Shown here piece by piece: positions 1 through 10,619 of a stretch of 64,000 nucleotides of DNA. The position numbers and the translations under genes were made by a program. Every line of letters begins with the position of its first letter. Position 1 is the first letter of the stretch. Origin of the DNA: Planctomycetota bacterium (GTDB lineage Bacteria; Planctomycetota; MHYJ01; WSZJ01). The stretch lies in contig JBBTCT010000024.1 in NCBI GenBank assembly GCA_038060895.1, positions 160,001 to 224,000 of the forward strand, in the 5' to 3' direction. The notes beneath the pieces are model-generated. The model was not told where the DNA came from. It made no database searches and was given only the letters and a program-made list of their open reading frames with translations.

Positions 1-54
1 TCCTTCCGCAGATAGTAGAATGGCCTCTCCCGGCCGTCTCTCCGCCGGCACCCT

Positions 55-2214
55 ATGCAGACATCGAGCCACGACCCTGCCCTGGCGGACAATCAAGGAT
101 CGCCGGCCGAATCGGCCTCGCTGGTTCGCATCCTGATCGTCCTGCGCCGAAGGTGGCGTGTGGCAACAGCGGTTTTCGTGCTTACGACGGGGTGCGCAGC
201 GATGTACTCGTTCTCGCTGCCAAAGCTTTACCGCCCCCAGGCGACGCTCGAGATCCGCCCCGAGCGCAGCACCATTGCGACCGTCGACGATCCGACGCAC
301 TACGCCGACACGTACCTCTGGGAGAGCTACTACCGGACACAACAGAACATCCTGAGTTCACCCGGCATCGCTGAAGCGGCGATCAAGGCCCTGCCTCCAT
401 CACTAAAAGGTCGGTTCGAAGGAGTGTCTGGTGTCCAGGCGTTCGCCGGGAACGTCAACCTCGAGCAGGTCCGCGCCAGCTTTATCCTGAAGGTCGGTTT
501 TCCCGACCCTGATCCCGAGGCCTCGACCCAAATCGTCAATACGCTCATCTCGGTCTACCTCGAGGACGCCAACCGCCGGATGAGGGAACTCAAGTCGACG
601 GTTTCCGACACGCTTTCCAAGGAAACCCTTCCCGACCTCCGAAATTCGATCACCGTGGCCCAAGCGAAGCTGGCAGAGTTCCAGCAGTCCTCAGGGTTCG
701 TCGATTTCGAAGAGCGCTACAAGGCCTACCTCTCGGGCTGGAAGAAATCGGATGAACGCCTCACGGACGTCCGCCTGACGCGAATCCGCCTTGCCGCCGA
801 GTACAAGTCGCTCGTCGACTACGGCTCCGACGGCGCCACGGGCTTGTTCAACCCGACTTTCCACAAAACGAGCGTCCTCTCGCAACTGGGCGAGGAGCGT
901 GCCCGCATCGCCGAACTCATCGCCGCCGGGAGTCAGCGCCTGAAGGAAGCCCACCCGCACTTGATGGAGCTGAAGGCGCAGCTGGCGGCAGTCGAGACCA
1001 AGATCCGCGAAGCGGTGCAGGGCTGCCTTCTCGCCCTGCAGAACGAGCTTAAGGCCGCCGAGGCCGAGGAAATCGCCCTGACAGAAGAGACTACACGCCT
1101 CCAGGCCCAGATGGCGGAGACGCGGACCTTTCTGAACAACTACAGGACGCTGGATCAAGAGTTGCTGACCCTGAAGGAGCTCTACGCTTCCTACTCGAGG
1201 CGGCAGGGTGAGACGAGCGCGACGGCGGGAACGGGCCTCCAGAGCGTGCGCGTGCTGGACCCCGCCAAGCCACCGCCTGCGCCTTGGAAGCCAAACACTC
1301 GCCAGAACCTGATGCTGGGAGCGCTCCTGGGCCTCCTTCTTGCCGGCGGCTCGACGCTGGTCGCCGAGCAGCTTGACAACCGGCTGCTGTCGCCCGACGA
1401 AGTGAAGGCTTTCGTGGGGATGGACGTGCTGGCGATTGTGCCGCGATTGAAGGGCGCCGGCGGCGAAGGGGTGTACGTGCTGGGTGAAGATGCCTCGATT
1501 GCAGACCTGGAGGCGTTCCGCGCCATGCGGGCGCAAGTCGTCACGAGGCTGGAACGTCTGGGTCCGCCCGCATCCGGCAGGGCGTACGTCCTGTCAGTCC
1601 TCTCTCCGCTCCCGGGCGAAGGCAAGACCACCGTCGCCGCAAACCTTGCGCGCGCCTTGGCGCTCGAAGGCAGAAGGGTTCTTCTGTTCGACGCAGACCT
1701 GCGCAAGCCGCGCCTCCACGCGCTTCTCAAGTCTCCCGGGGGGCTGGGCCTCGGGGAGGTCCTCGCCGGGAAGGCCGACCTCCAGACTGCGGCGCGCCCG
1801 AGCACGATCCCAGGCGTGGACATCGTCGGGGTCCGCGCGGGTACATCCAGCGCCGCGGAGCTCGCCAGCTCGCCGCGGTTTGCGGAAGCGTTGAAAATCG
1901 CGCGCGACGCCTACGACTTCGTCATCCTCGACTCCGCACCCGTCATCCAGGCATCCGAGTCTTCGCTCATCGCCCGCCGGGCCGATGCGGCCGTCCTCGT
2001 GCTGAGGGAGGGAAAGACCGGGCGAGGCGCAGCGCGAGCCTCCCTAAGCGCGCTTCTCGAGATGGACGTAAAGGTGCTCGGGGCCGTGCTGAACGCGTCG
2101 GAGCCGAAGCGCGGCGGATACGGATACGGCTATGGGTACGGTTATGGGTATGGGTACGGATACGGTTACGGGCCGGAAGCGAAAGGCAGGAAGGCGAAGG
2201 AAGGCTCCGAGTGA
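55..2214 (+). CDS. wzc: Polysaccharide co-polymerase / BY tyrosine kinase (Wzc/GumC family)
   Basis: N-terminal TM, long coiled coil, second TM, Walker A PLPGEGKTT, DADLRKP and ILDSAP motifs, C-terminal (GY)9 tyrosine cluster. Confidence 0.93.
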   Translation: MQTSSHDPALADNQGSPAESASLVRILIVLRRRWRVATAVFVLTTGCAAMYSFSLPKLYRPQATLEIRPERSTIATVDDPTHYADTYLWESYYRTQQNILSSPGIAEAAIKALPPSLKGRFEGVSGVQAFAGNVNLEQVRASFILKVGFPDPDPEASTQIVNTLISVYLEDANRRMRELKSTVSDTLSKETLPDLRNSITVAQAKLAEFQQSSGFVDFEERYKAYLSGWKKSDERLTDVRLTRIRLAAEYKSLVDYGSDGATGLFNPTFHKTSVLSQLGEERARIAELIAAGSQRLKEAHPHLMELKAQLAAVETKIREAVQGCLLALQNELKAAEAEEIALTEETTRLQAQMAETRTFLNNYRTLDQELLTLKELYASYSRRQGETSATAGTGLQSVRVLDPAKPPPAPWKPNTRQNLMLGALLGLLLAGGSTLVAEQLDNRLLSPDEVKAFVGMDVLAIVPRLKGAGGEGVYVLGEDASIADLEAFRAMRAQVVTRLERLGPPASGRAYVLSVLSPLPGEGKTTVAANLARALALEGRRVLLFDADLRKPRLHALLKSPGGLGLGEVLAGKADLQTAARPSTIPGVDIVGVRAGTSSAAELASSPRFAEALKIARDAYDFVILDSAPVIQASESSLIARRADAAVLVLREGKTGRGAARASLSALLEMDVKVLGAVLNASEPKRGGYGYGYGYGYGYGYGYGYGPEAKGRKAKEGSE
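2116..2169 (+). repeat. (Gly-Tyr)9 tyrosine cluster at the Wzc C-terminus
   Basis: Nine GY dipeptides encoded with mixed synonymous codons. Confidence 0.9.
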
Positions 2215-3455
2215 GCCCACAGACAGGAATCTACCTCGCCCTCTATTTCGCGGGCATCACCGCCGTGCTTGCCCTGCTGCTAACTCCGCTCTGTATGCGG
2301 GCCGCCCGCCGATGCGGCGCGATCGACGTCCCGGGCGAGCGCTCGCTCCATAAGAACCCCGTCCCCCTGCTTGGAGGAGTCGCGATCGTCGGCTCCCTCT
2401 CGCTGGTCGTCTGGTTCCACCTCGCAGGCGCCGCCCTGATGCGAGCCAAGCCCGAGTTTCTCCAACTCTTCACCGCGGACCTCCAGGGCTCAGTCCAGGG
2501 TTGGTCGGGAAACGAATTCCGCCTGGGGGTCGTCTTCATCGGCGGCGCGCTCATCGCCGCTCTCGGACTGATCGACGATCTGAAGGGACTCACGGTCCGG
2601 CAGCGCATTTACCCGCAGTTTGCCATCGCCGCTCTCGTGGTCGCGCTGGGCATCCGCCCTGAACTCGGGTTCTTCCCGGCATGGCTGACTTTCATCATCG
2701 CGGTCGTCTGGCTCGTCGGCATCACCAACGCCTTCAATCTCATCGACGGCGCTGACGGCCTCGCCGCCGGGCTCGCGGCGATTTCCGCCTTCCTGCTCGG
2801 CATCACAATGCTCCTCGCCGGCCACGCCGCTTCCGCCTCCCTTTTCTTCGCCATCGGCGGCGCCTGCTGCGGATTTCTGGTCTTCAACTGGCACCCGGCA
2901 AAGGTATTCATGGGAAGCGCAGGCAGCCTGTTCCTGGGTTACACGCTCGGCGCCACTACCATGGTCGCAACGTTCATGAGCGAAGGGACGGTGTGGCTGT
3001 TCCCGCTCCTGATCCCGGTTCTCGCCTTCGCTGTGCCGCTCTACGACACCGCCAGTGTTATCCTGATCCGCGCCGGCGTCCGGGCCTCCATCTTCGCGGG
3101 CGACCAGCGCCACTTTCACCATCGCCTGATGCAGATCGGCTTCAGCCACCGGCAATGCGTGGTGTTCATGTACCTCCTCGCCATGGCTTTCGGGACCTCG
3201 GCGGTGCTGATCTCGAAGTCGAACATGCTGCAAGACGTCATCCTTATGATCCAGGCGGCGATTCTCGTCGGCGTAATCGTGCTGATGGAGCGGGTTGTGA
3301 ATCGAGTGGCGGCCAAACAGCCGGCGCCTTTGGAGGAAAGACTCGAAAGCAGTATCCCGTCGCCGCCGGCAGCAATGCCGCCCTCCGCGGCGGAAGTTCG
3401 GACCGCCGCTCTCGTCGCCGAAATCGGGCAGGCTGAGGCAAAGGGTCGAAGCTGA
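2211..3455 (+). CDS. Undecaprenyl-phosphate GlcNAc-1-phosphate transferase (MraY/WecA/TagO family)
   Basis: Polytopic membrane protein with GLIDD, NAFNLIDGADGLA, FNWHPAKVFMG and HFHHRL motifs. Confidence 0.9.
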   Translation: MSPQTGIYLALYFAGITAVLALLLTPLCMRAARRCGAIDVPGERSLHKNPVPLLGGVAIVGSLSLVVWFHLAGAALMRAKPEFLQLFTADLQGSVQGWSGNEFRLGVVFIGGALIAALGLIDDLKGLTVRQRIYPQFAIAALVVALGIRPELGFFPAWLTFIIAVVWLVGITNAFNLIDGADGLAAGLAAISAFLLGITMLLAGHAASASLFFAIGGACCGFLVFNWHPAKVFMGSAGSLFLGYTLGATTMVATFMSEGTVWLFPLLIPVLAFAVPLYDTASVILIRAGVRASIFAGDQRHFHHRLMQIGFSHRQCVVFMYLLAMAFGTSAVLISKSNMLQDVILMIQAAILVGVIVLMERVVNRVAAKQPAPLEERLESSIPSPPAAMPPSAAEVRTAALVAEIGQAEAKGRS

Positions 3456-3483
3456 TGACCATCCGTTCGACCGGTCGCCGAGA

Positions 3484-4302
3484 ATGAATCCACGCCAGCT
3501 TCCCAGATGTGCGCGAAGCCTGCTGTGGCGCCTCGGGCGGAAGATGTACTCATTCGCGCGCGGCGAAGTGCCGAACGACCCGAATTCCAATGGCGAGTAC
3601 TGGCTGCTTAAGCAGATGCTGACCGGCGCAAAGTCGCCTCAAGTACTACTCGATGTCGGCGCGAACAAGGGCGACTGGACCGCGCGAGCCCTCGAGATCG
3701 GTCAGACTCCGGGGAGTCTGAGCATCCACACTTTCGAGCCCTCGACAGCCACGCGAAACCTGCTGTCGGCGCGATTCAGGGAGAAAAGCGGGGTCAGGGT
3801 CCATTCCCAGGCGATGTCCGACAGGCCGGGTGAGCGCATGTTTTACGGCGACAAAGAGGGGGCGGGCACGAACTCGCTCGATCCACTGTCCGGGCCGGGC
3901 AAGGAATCCGTCCCGGTGACGACCCTCGACTTGTTCTTCGAATCGGAAGGGTTGGCAGCCGCTGCGATGGTCAAGATCGACACCGAGGGATTCGACCTGC
4001 TGGTGTTGAAAGGAGCGGCAAACCTCTTGCGGGACGGCCGGGTCGATGTTTTCCAATTCGAATACAACTGGCGATGGCACCTTAATCACGCGTGCCTTCG
4101 GGATGTCTTCGACCTGATCGAGGGTAAGCCCTACAGCCTCGGCAAGCTGGTCGGGCAACAGATAGAGTTCTACGACAACTGGCACTTCGAACTGGATCGC
4201 TTTTTCGAGAACAACTATGTGCTCGTCCGGGAGGGACATCCGCTTCGCGGGCTCGGGCTGAACATGAAGTTCGCGACTTCGAACGTGGCTGTTGCGACAT
4301 GA
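3484..4302 (+). CDS. FkbM family methyltransferase
   Basis: LDVGANKG, FEP, KIDTEG, QFEY motifs. Confidence 0.88.
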   Translation: MNPRQLPRCARSLLWRLGRKMYSFARGEVPNDPNSNGEYWLLKQMLTGAKSPQVLLDVGANKGDWTARALEIGQTPGSLSIHTFEPSTATRNLLSARFREKSGVRVHSQAMSDRPGERMFYGDKEGAGTNSLDPLSGPGKESVPVTTLDLFFESEGLAAAAMVKIDTEGFDLLVLKGAANLLRDGRVDVFQFEYNWRWHLNHACLRDVFDLIEGKPYSLGKLVGQQIEFYDNWHFELDRFFENNYVLVREGHPLRGLGLNMKFATSNVAVAT

Positions 4303-5858
4303 TATCCTCTGAATCAATTCCGGTGAAAACGCACCAGCGACTGCAGCACGGGGCGGAACTGGATCCCACCCGTGTACCGGGGAGCGTCCAAAAGAGGTCC
4401 ACGACCCTACCGTTGTACGTCTACGGCGGGCAGGTCCTGCTGGGTTGGATTGCGATGCTTTCGGCTGAGTTTGTAGGGCACGAAGCGTGGTGGACACTCG
4501 TGCCCTTTTGCATGGCCGGGCTGGCGCCGATCGCCCTGCTTGTCCACAGGACCTGGAGAGCCGCTCCGGCGAGCGTGCTCCAGGAAATTGGAGTCTTCGC
4601 TGCGATCTCGACGGGCGTCTACTTCATGTTCGGTCCCTTGATCCACCCGTTCGGGCCTGTGGATGCGAGCGAGTACTCCCGCTCGTGGTACCCGATCAGC
4701 GCAGGGGACGCCGTCAGGTTGACGGGAATGAATTTCGTGGGATTTGGGCTGGCAGGGCTCGTTTACGAACTGACCCGTTTCTGTTTTGTCGAGCGCTTCG
4801 CCGAGAGAGTCAGTCGGTCCTGGTCCCAGGTATCCCCGACGGTCGTGTTCCTGATGTTCGCCGTTGTCGGTGCGACGGCAAAGTATGCACTTGTTCTGCC
4901 GTTCGACCTCGCGCTGACGCTCAACGCGCCCTCCGGCATCATCCGACAGCTCGACAACCTTATCGTGATCGCCATCATGGTGGGGTGGGCCAACAGAAAG
5001 TCGGGCCCCCTGTGGATCGGGCTGGCGGCAATAGTGCTGCTCCTTCTTGAGGTTGCAACCGGACTGTTGCAGTTCAACAAGAACGCAAGCCTCCTCGCCT
5101 TGATGGCTGCTGGACTTGGCGACTACCTGGCGACACGGAGACTGCGCAACCTGATAGTAGCGGGCTTGACCGCAAGCGCGCTTTACGGGGTCATCGCTCC
5201 CATCGTTACTTTCGGACGAGCGGAGCTTGCAGCCCGGCGCGGAGGCGAGCCCTCACCGGCGGGGCTGCTGGAGCGGCGCGACATCGTTCTCCGCTTCTAC
5301 CAGGGCGGGGAGTCAGCGACGAGTGATGACCCGATTCCGAGCGGATGGTGGGTGCGCCTGTGCTACCTCTCGCCTCAGCAGGCCGCGATCGACATGTACG
5401 ATTGCGGTCTGGGAGGTGATGACTTTGCTCGATTGCCCTGGATTGTGATGCCCCGATTTCTTTACCCGGAAAAACCGGAGATGACCATTTCGGGAGTCGA
5501 CTTCAATGAGAAGGTTGCGGGTATTCGGACAACGTCGACCGGCACGGGCGTATTCATCGACGGATACTACAACCTCGGCTGGCTCGGGTTCCTCTTCACC
5601 TCGATCTCCTTCGGCATGGCGTTGCGCGTGTACGCGAACATCGCGAAACCCGTCCTGAAAAACCGGGCCTTCATCATGTTTCCCCTCGTATTCAAGGCAA
5701 TCCACGTTGCACTCCGAGTCGACGGCTGGTGGCTGGCGGACGTCGCCGGAACCCTGGTGTTCGTCCTTGCAGCGCTTACCTTGATGGGGATGTCCTCGAG
5801 ATGGCGAATACTGGTGGCGCCTGCAGGCTCCCCTCACCGCGCAGGAGCGCGAGGGTGA
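4299..5858 (+). CDS. Putative Wzy polysaccharide polymerase
   Basis: About 10-11 hydrophobic segments, large periplasmic loop, MPRFLYPEKP and DGYYNLGWLG motifs, operon context. Confidence 0.65.
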   Translation: MISSESIPVKTHQRLQHGAELDPTRVPGSVQKRSTTLPLYVYGGQVLLGWIAMLSAEFVGHEAWWTLVPFCMAGLAPIALLVHRTWRAAPASVLQEIGVFAAISTGVYFMFGPLIHPFGPVDASEYSRSWYPISAGDAVRLTGMNFVGFGLAGLVYELTRFCFVERFAERVSRSWSQVSPTVVFLMFAVVGATAKYALVLPFDLALTLNAPSGIIRQLDNLIVIAIMVGWANRKSGPLWIGLAAIVLLLLEVATGLLQFNKNASLLALMAAGLGDYLATRRLRNLIVAGLTASALYGVIAPIVTFGRAELAARRGGEPSPAGLLERRDIVLRFYQGGESATSDDPIPSGWWVRLCYLSPQQAAIDMYDCGLGGDDFARLPWIVMPRFLYPEKPEMTISGVDFNEKVAGIRTTSTGTGVFIDGYYNLGWLGFLFTSISFGMALRVYANIAKPVLKNRAFIMFPLVFKAIHVALRVDGWWLADVAGTLVFVLAALTLMGMSSRWRILVAPAGSPHRAGARG

Positions 5859-5879
5859 TGGTAAAGACAGGGAGAAGCG

Positions 5880-6599
5880 ATGAGTGAACCTGGATACCGA
5901 GGGTATCGTGAGTGGAAATCGTGGGAAGCGGCGCGATTTGGCGAAATCCGTCCTGAGGAAGGGGCGTACTTTGACGCGGAGCTCACCAAGTCGGGAGCGG
6001 GTGCTCTGGCAGGGAAACGTGTGGTAGAGATTGGCTTCGGAAACGGCGGTTTCGCGCAGTGGGCTCGCAAGAATGGAGCCGACTATGCGGGCACCGAAGT
6101 TATCCCCGAGTTGCAGGCTCTCGGGCGAGAGGCGGGGATCAGGGTTCTCGACCACGAATCGCTCCTAGCGGCGCAGGCCGGGGCCGGGACAATCGACTTG
6201 ATCGTCGCCTTCGACGTGTTCGAGCACATCGAGGTGAATCAACTTCGTGTTTTGCTGGCCGACCTGAAGGCGTGCCTTCGGCCCGGGGGACGCCTGATTG
6301 GCCGCGTTCCTTCGGGTGACAGTCCGTTTTCCAGGGCGATTCAGCACGGAGATCTGACGCACAGGACCGCGTTTGGAAGCTCCGCCATCCTGCAGCTCGC
6401 GATGGCGGCCGGATTCGCCGATGTCACAACACGGGAGCCTGCGTTTCCCTTGAACGGCGCCGGTTGCCTAGGGGCGATCCGACGGATGATGGTCCGGGCA
6501 GCGCGAAGCGTGCTCTACCCCCTCATCTCGCGCGTTTTGATGGGTGGCGGGAGACCTGTCCTCACCCCGAACATGGTCTTCGTGCTGAGGCGTTCGTGA
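5880..6599 (+). CDS. Class I SAM-dependent methyltransferase
   Basis: VVEIGFGNG, FDVFEHI, LRPGG motifs. Confidence 0.85.
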   Translation: MSEPGYRGYREWKSWEAARFGEIRPEEGAYFDAELTKSGAGALAGKRVVEIGFGNGGFAQWARKNGADYAGTEVIPELQALGREAGIRVLDHESLLAAQAGAGTIDLIVAFDVFEHIEVNQLRVLLADLKACLRPGGRLIGRVPSGDSPFSRAIQHGDLTHRTAFGSSAILQLAMAAGFADVTTREPAFPLNGAGCLGAIRRMMVRAARSVLYPLISRVLMGGGRPVLTPNMVFVLRRS

Positions 6600-7831
6600 G
6601 CCGCTCCGGCCAACGAACTACTATTGCGCTGATCGTGCCTGACCTGGCTGGGGGCGGCGGCGTACCCGCAGTCGCCCGGTTCCTGAAAGACACAATCCGT
6701 GAAACCGGGTTGTACGAACTCAAGCTCATCTCTCTGGCTACTTCTTCCGGAGACGCCACTCATTCCCGCATTACGCGACCATCAAGCTGGTGGCGGGGCC
6801 CGGTTTCGACGCCTCAGACGTGGGAGGGCCTGCCGGTCGACCATGTCGGCGCCGTGGCCGGAGAGATAGAGTTCCAGCGCTATAACCCGCGAAAAGTCCT
6901 CGCCAGGCTCCTGGCCGACTGCGACATCTTGCAAGTCGTCTGCGGGTCGCCGGCCTGGGCGTGCGCCGTGTGCGACCTCGGAAAGCCGGTATCCCTCCAA
7001 TGCGCCACACGCGCGGTCGTCGAACGCAGGCGCCAGCACTCCAAGCAGGGTGGGCTGAAAGAATGGTGGCGTAGAAGAATGACCCGCTTCACGGACAAGC
7101 TCGACGATCGCGCTCTGAAATCCGTGGCGGCGATCCAGGTCGAAAATCCATGGATGCTGGAATACGCGCGCAAGATCAACTCAGGACGCCAAGTGGACCT
7201 CCGGTACGCCCCGCCGGGGATCGACGCGGGAAAGTTCCGACCGAATGGCGATCGAAGTGCCGGGCGAGGTGCCCCAATACTCTGCGTCGGCCGATTGGAC
7301 GACACGCGCAAGAATGTAGGGCTCCTGCTGGAAGCGTTCGCGCGAATGTCGCCGGAGGACCGACAGGGATTGAAGCTCGTGCTGGCCGGCCAGGCCGGCC
7401 CGCCCGATTCGTTCTGGGAGCAGGCCACGGCGCTTGGCGTCCGTGACCGGATAGAGTTCGTCAACCGCCCTTCCGAAGAAGCGCTGATCGCGCTCTACCA
7501 GCAGGCCGGCCTCTTCGTGCTTCCTTCGGACGAAGAAGGACTAGGCGTCGTGATTCTGGAATCGATGGCTTGCGGCGTCCCGGTAGTGTCCACACTAAGT
7601 GGGGGACCGGACGGGATCATCACGGACGGAGCGGACGGATTTCTGGTGCCTCGGAACGATGCTGGAGCCCTGGCGGAGCGGATTACACAGCTGCGCGGCG
7701 ACGCTGTGCTGAATCGGGCGATGGGCCTGCGAGCGCGCCAGACGATCGAGGCGCGCTACGCCTCGGAGGTCGCGGGGCGGCCCTTCCTAGAAGTCTGGGA
7801 TCTCCTGGCGCGAAAAGCAGGGGGGCGCTGA
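6596..7831 (+). CDS. Glycosyltransferase family 4
   Basis: CVGRL..KN and EEGLGVVILESMACGVPVV motifs; start moved to GTG 6596, which overlaps the upstream TGA. Confidence 0.88.
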   Translation: MSRSGQRTTIALIVPDLAGGGGVPAVARFLKDTIRETGLYELKLISLATSSGDATHSRITRPSSWWRGPVSTPQTWEGLPVDHVGAVAGEIEFQRYNPRKVLARLLADCDILQVVCGSPAWACAVCDLGKPVSLQCATRAVVERRRQHSKQGGLKEWWRRRMTRFTDKLDDRALKSVAAIQVENPWMLEYARKINSGRQVDLRYAPPGIDAGKFRPNGDRSAGRGAPILCVGRLDDTRKNVGLLLEAFARMSPEDRQGLKLVLAGQAGPPDSFWEQATALGVRDRIEFVNRPSEEALIALYQQAGLFVLPSDEEGLGVVILESMACGVPVVSTLSGGPDGIITDGADGFLVPRNDAGALAERITQLRGDAVLNRAMGLRARQTIEARYASEVAGRPFLEVWDLLARKAGGR

Positions 7832-7832
7832 C

Positions 7833-9650
7833 ATGTGCGGACTTGTCGGCGCCTTCCCTATCCCTGGGCGGTCTTTCCGCTCGGAGGACGTAAAGCCGGC
7901 TATGGACCGGATGAATCGCCGTGGCCCCGACGCGGAGGGAGTGTGGCAGGACGCAGGAGTTGTGCTGGGGCATCGCCGCCTCTCGATTCTCGATCCCGAC
8001 CCGAGATCGCACCAGCCGATGGTCTCCGCGTGCGGCAGGCACGCCATCGTCTTCAACGGTGAGATTTACAACTTTCGCGAACTTCGGCGCGACCTCGAGG
8101 AAATGGGAACGGCGTTCCGCACCACCTCGGACACGGAGGTGCTGTTGGCCATGTTTGCCGCGGAAGGCGAAGCAATGCTCTCGCGCCTCCGGGGGATGTT
8201 CGCGTTCGTCATCTGGGACCGGATTGCGAAGCGTGGGTTTGCAGCGCGGGATGCCTACGGCATCAAGCCGCTGTACTACGCACAGACTCCCGAAGGAGCT
8301 TTGCTCGCTTCACAGGTCAAAGCCCTGCTCGATTCCGGCAAAGTTTCCGCGGCACCCGACGCCCGGGGGCAGGCCGGCTTCTGGCTGCTTGGAAACGTGC
8401 CTGAGCCTCGTACGTGGTACCGCGACATTGTTCACCTGCCTGCGGGGTACTTCGCCTGGATAGAGAACGGGCGCGTTGAGACGCCACGCCAGTGGTGGGA
8501 CATCGGCGCCGCCTGGCGTGAAGCGCCCGGCCCGAAGCGAGCAAACGCCGAGGTGTGTGAGAGTGTCCGCCAGTCTGTTCTCGCTTCAGTGAAGGCCCAT
8601 CTTGTCTCGGACGTCCCGGTGGGTGTATTCCTCTCTGGAGGCATCGATTCAGGGGCACTGGCCGGGTTAATTCAGGATGCGTGCGCCGGGTCGATCAAGG
8701 GTGTGACGATCGCATTTCGGGAATTTGCCGGACGAGACGAGGACGAAGCCCCAGCGGCGGCACTTGTCGCGAAGCACCTGGGCCTCGAACACCATGTCAG
8801 GGTAATAACGCGTGGAGAATTTGACGCCGATCTTCCGCGCATTCTTGAGGCGATCGACCAACCGAGCATTGACGGGATCAACACCTGGTACGCCGCCAAG
8901 GCAGCCGCGGAACTGGGGCTGAAAGTCGTGGTGTCTGGAATCGGAGGAGACGAACTCTTCCAGGGGTACTCCACGTTTCGAAAGCTCCCCCGCCTGGTCT
9001 CCACGTGGCGGAAGCTTTCGCTAGTTCCTGGGGCCATGTCGGTAGCGCGCGCGGCAGCCGGGCTAAAGGCCAGGCGAAGCGGCAATCGGCGGTGGAGCCA
9101 ACTGCCCGAAGGAGCGCGGACGATCGCTGGCGCCTGGTGGCTCAGTCGGGGGCTGTTCAGCCCTGAGGAATTGACCGCTCTCATGGGAGATGATCTGGCG
9201 CACCAGGCGCTGCGCGACTTCAGCCCGGGGCGATGGGTCGAGGAGATGAGCGGGCCGCTTCCGGATGACCTACGGCTGGCCCTGGGACAGATAGAATCCA
9301 CGACTTACCTGCGGAACCAGCTTCTGCGCGACAGCGACTGGGCGAGCATGGCTCACGGCGTCGAACTGCGCACTCCCCTGGTGGATACATGGCTTCTGCG
9401 AGAGCTACAGCCGCTTCTTGCGAGCTTCGGGAGATTCCCGGGCAAGTCGCTGCTGGCCGGGTCGCCGTCCCGGGGTCTGCCCGTCGAGGTGCTGAAGCGC
9501 CCGAAGACGGGATTCGGGATCCCGTTGGGGCGTTGGCTCGGAGGTGATGCGGTTACGAGGTCGCCGGGATCGGACAGCCGGGAGTGGTCCCGGCGAGTCG
9601 TGCGGGATTCCCTGAGTGGTTTGTCCGGACGCAGGAATCCGGAAGCGTGA
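7833..9650 (+). CDS. asnB: Asparagine synthase-like glutamine amidotransferase (polysaccharide amidation)
   Basis: MCG N-terminus, HRRLSI, FNGEIYN, SDTEV, LSGGIDS, GIGGDELF. Confidence 0.9.
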   Translation: MCGLVGAFPIPGRSFRSEDVKPAMDRMNRRGPDAEGVWQDAGVVLGHRRLSILDPDPRSHQPMVSACGRHAIVFNGEIYNFRELRRDLEEMGTAFRTTSDTEVLLAMFAAEGEAMLSRLRGMFAFVIWDRIAKRGFAARDAYGIKPLYYAQTPEGALLASQVKALLDSGKVSAAPDARGQAGFWLLGNVPEPRTWYRDIVHLPAGYFAWIENGRVETPRQWWDIGAAWREAPGPKRANAEVCESVRQSVLASVKAHLVSDVPVGVFLSGGIDSGALAGLIQDACAGSIKGVTIAFREFAGRDEDEAPAAALVAKHLGLEHHVRVITRGEFDADLPRILEAIDQPSIDGINTWYAAKAAAELGLKVVVSGIGGDELFQGYSTFRKLPRLVSTWRKLSLVPGAMSVARAAAGLKARRSGNRRWSQLPEGARTIAGAWWLSRGLFSPEELTALMGDDLAHQALRDFSPGRWVEEMSGPLPDDLRLALGQIESTTYLRNQLLRDSDWASMAHGVELRTPLVDTWLLRELQPLLASFGRFPGKSLLAGSPSRGLPVEVLKRPKTGFGIPLGRWLGGDAVTRSPGSDSREWSRRVVRDSLSGLSGRRNPEA

Positions 9651-9660
9651 GGGAAGGCTC

Positions 9661-10539
9661 ATGAGTGCTGAGGACAACCCTGGCGGAAAGCAGACCTGCG
9701 GCGAAGTGCCGCTGGCAGTGGTGCTGATTTCGCTGAACGAGGGTCACAACCTCGAGGGGGTCCTTGAGCACCTGGCAGGCTGGGCGCAGGAGATTTTCCT
9801 GGTCGACAGCTACAGCGAAGACGAGACCGTGGACATTGCTCTGAAGCACGGAGTGCACGTCGTTCAGCGGCGATTCCGCGACTTTGGCGACCAGTGGAAC
9901 TTTGCCCTTCGCGAACTTCCGATTACCGCTCCCTGGACGATGAAGCTGGACCCGGACGAGCGCCTGACGCCGGCGTTGAAAGCGTCGATCGCGGCGGCGA
10001 TGAAATCGCCGGAGACGGAGGGGATCCGCTTTAAGCGGCGGCTGTGGTTCATGGGCCGCCCGCTGCCGGCTAGGCAGTCGATCCTGAGGGCCTGGCGTAC
10101 CGGGCGGTGCCGGTTCACGGAAGTGACGGTGAATGAACAGCCTGTGGTGCAGGGCCGCGTCGTTGCCGTAAGTGGGGATCTAGAGCACCACGACAGCCCG
10201 GACTTGCACCACTGGTTTGAAAAACAAAACGCCTACACGACGGCCGAGGCCCGGGCTCAGTTCGAACGACGCGCGGCGAAGGGGCCCGTGCCGGGTACCT
10301 GGCAGCGGCGGTATTTCTGGTGGATCCCTGGCCGGTACTTCCTCATGTTCCTCTACCACCTGGTGCTATGCGGCGCGTGGAGGGCGGGCCGCGTCGGCTG
10401 GATCTGGGCGCGGCTGAGGACCGACCTGTATCGCGCCTGGGAATACAAGCTGCTTGAGATGCGCCTCCGCGGGCGTGGGCCCGCGGAGAGGCCGGCCCGG
10501 CGCGGTCAGCCGGATCCAAGGGTCAAGCAGTACGACTAG
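9661..10539 (+). CDS. Glycosyltransferase family 2
   Basis: LNE, VDSYSEDET, QWNFAL, LDPDE motifs; ATG 9661 preceded by a GAAGG RBS. Confidence 0.87.
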   Translation: MSAEDNPGGKQTCGEVPLAVVLISLNEGHNLEGVLEHLAGWAQEIFLVDSYSEDETVDIALKHGVHVVQRRFRDFGDQWNFALRELPITAPWTMKLDPDERLTPALKASIAAAMKSPETEGIRFKRRLWFMGRPLPARQSILRAWRTGRCRFTEVTVNEQPVVQGRVVAVSGDLEHHDSPDLHHWFEKQNAYTTAEARAQFERRAAKGPVPGTWQRRYFWWIPGRYFLMFLYHLVLCGAWRAGRVGWIWARLRTDLYRAWEYKLLEMRLRGRGPAERPARRGQPDPRVKQYD

Positions 10540-10619
10540 CCGGGCCTTCGGGAGGCGCTAATCATCCGGGAACCTGTTCCGCAGGAAAAAGCCGCTACCA
10601 GGGCCACGGAGGCCGGCGC

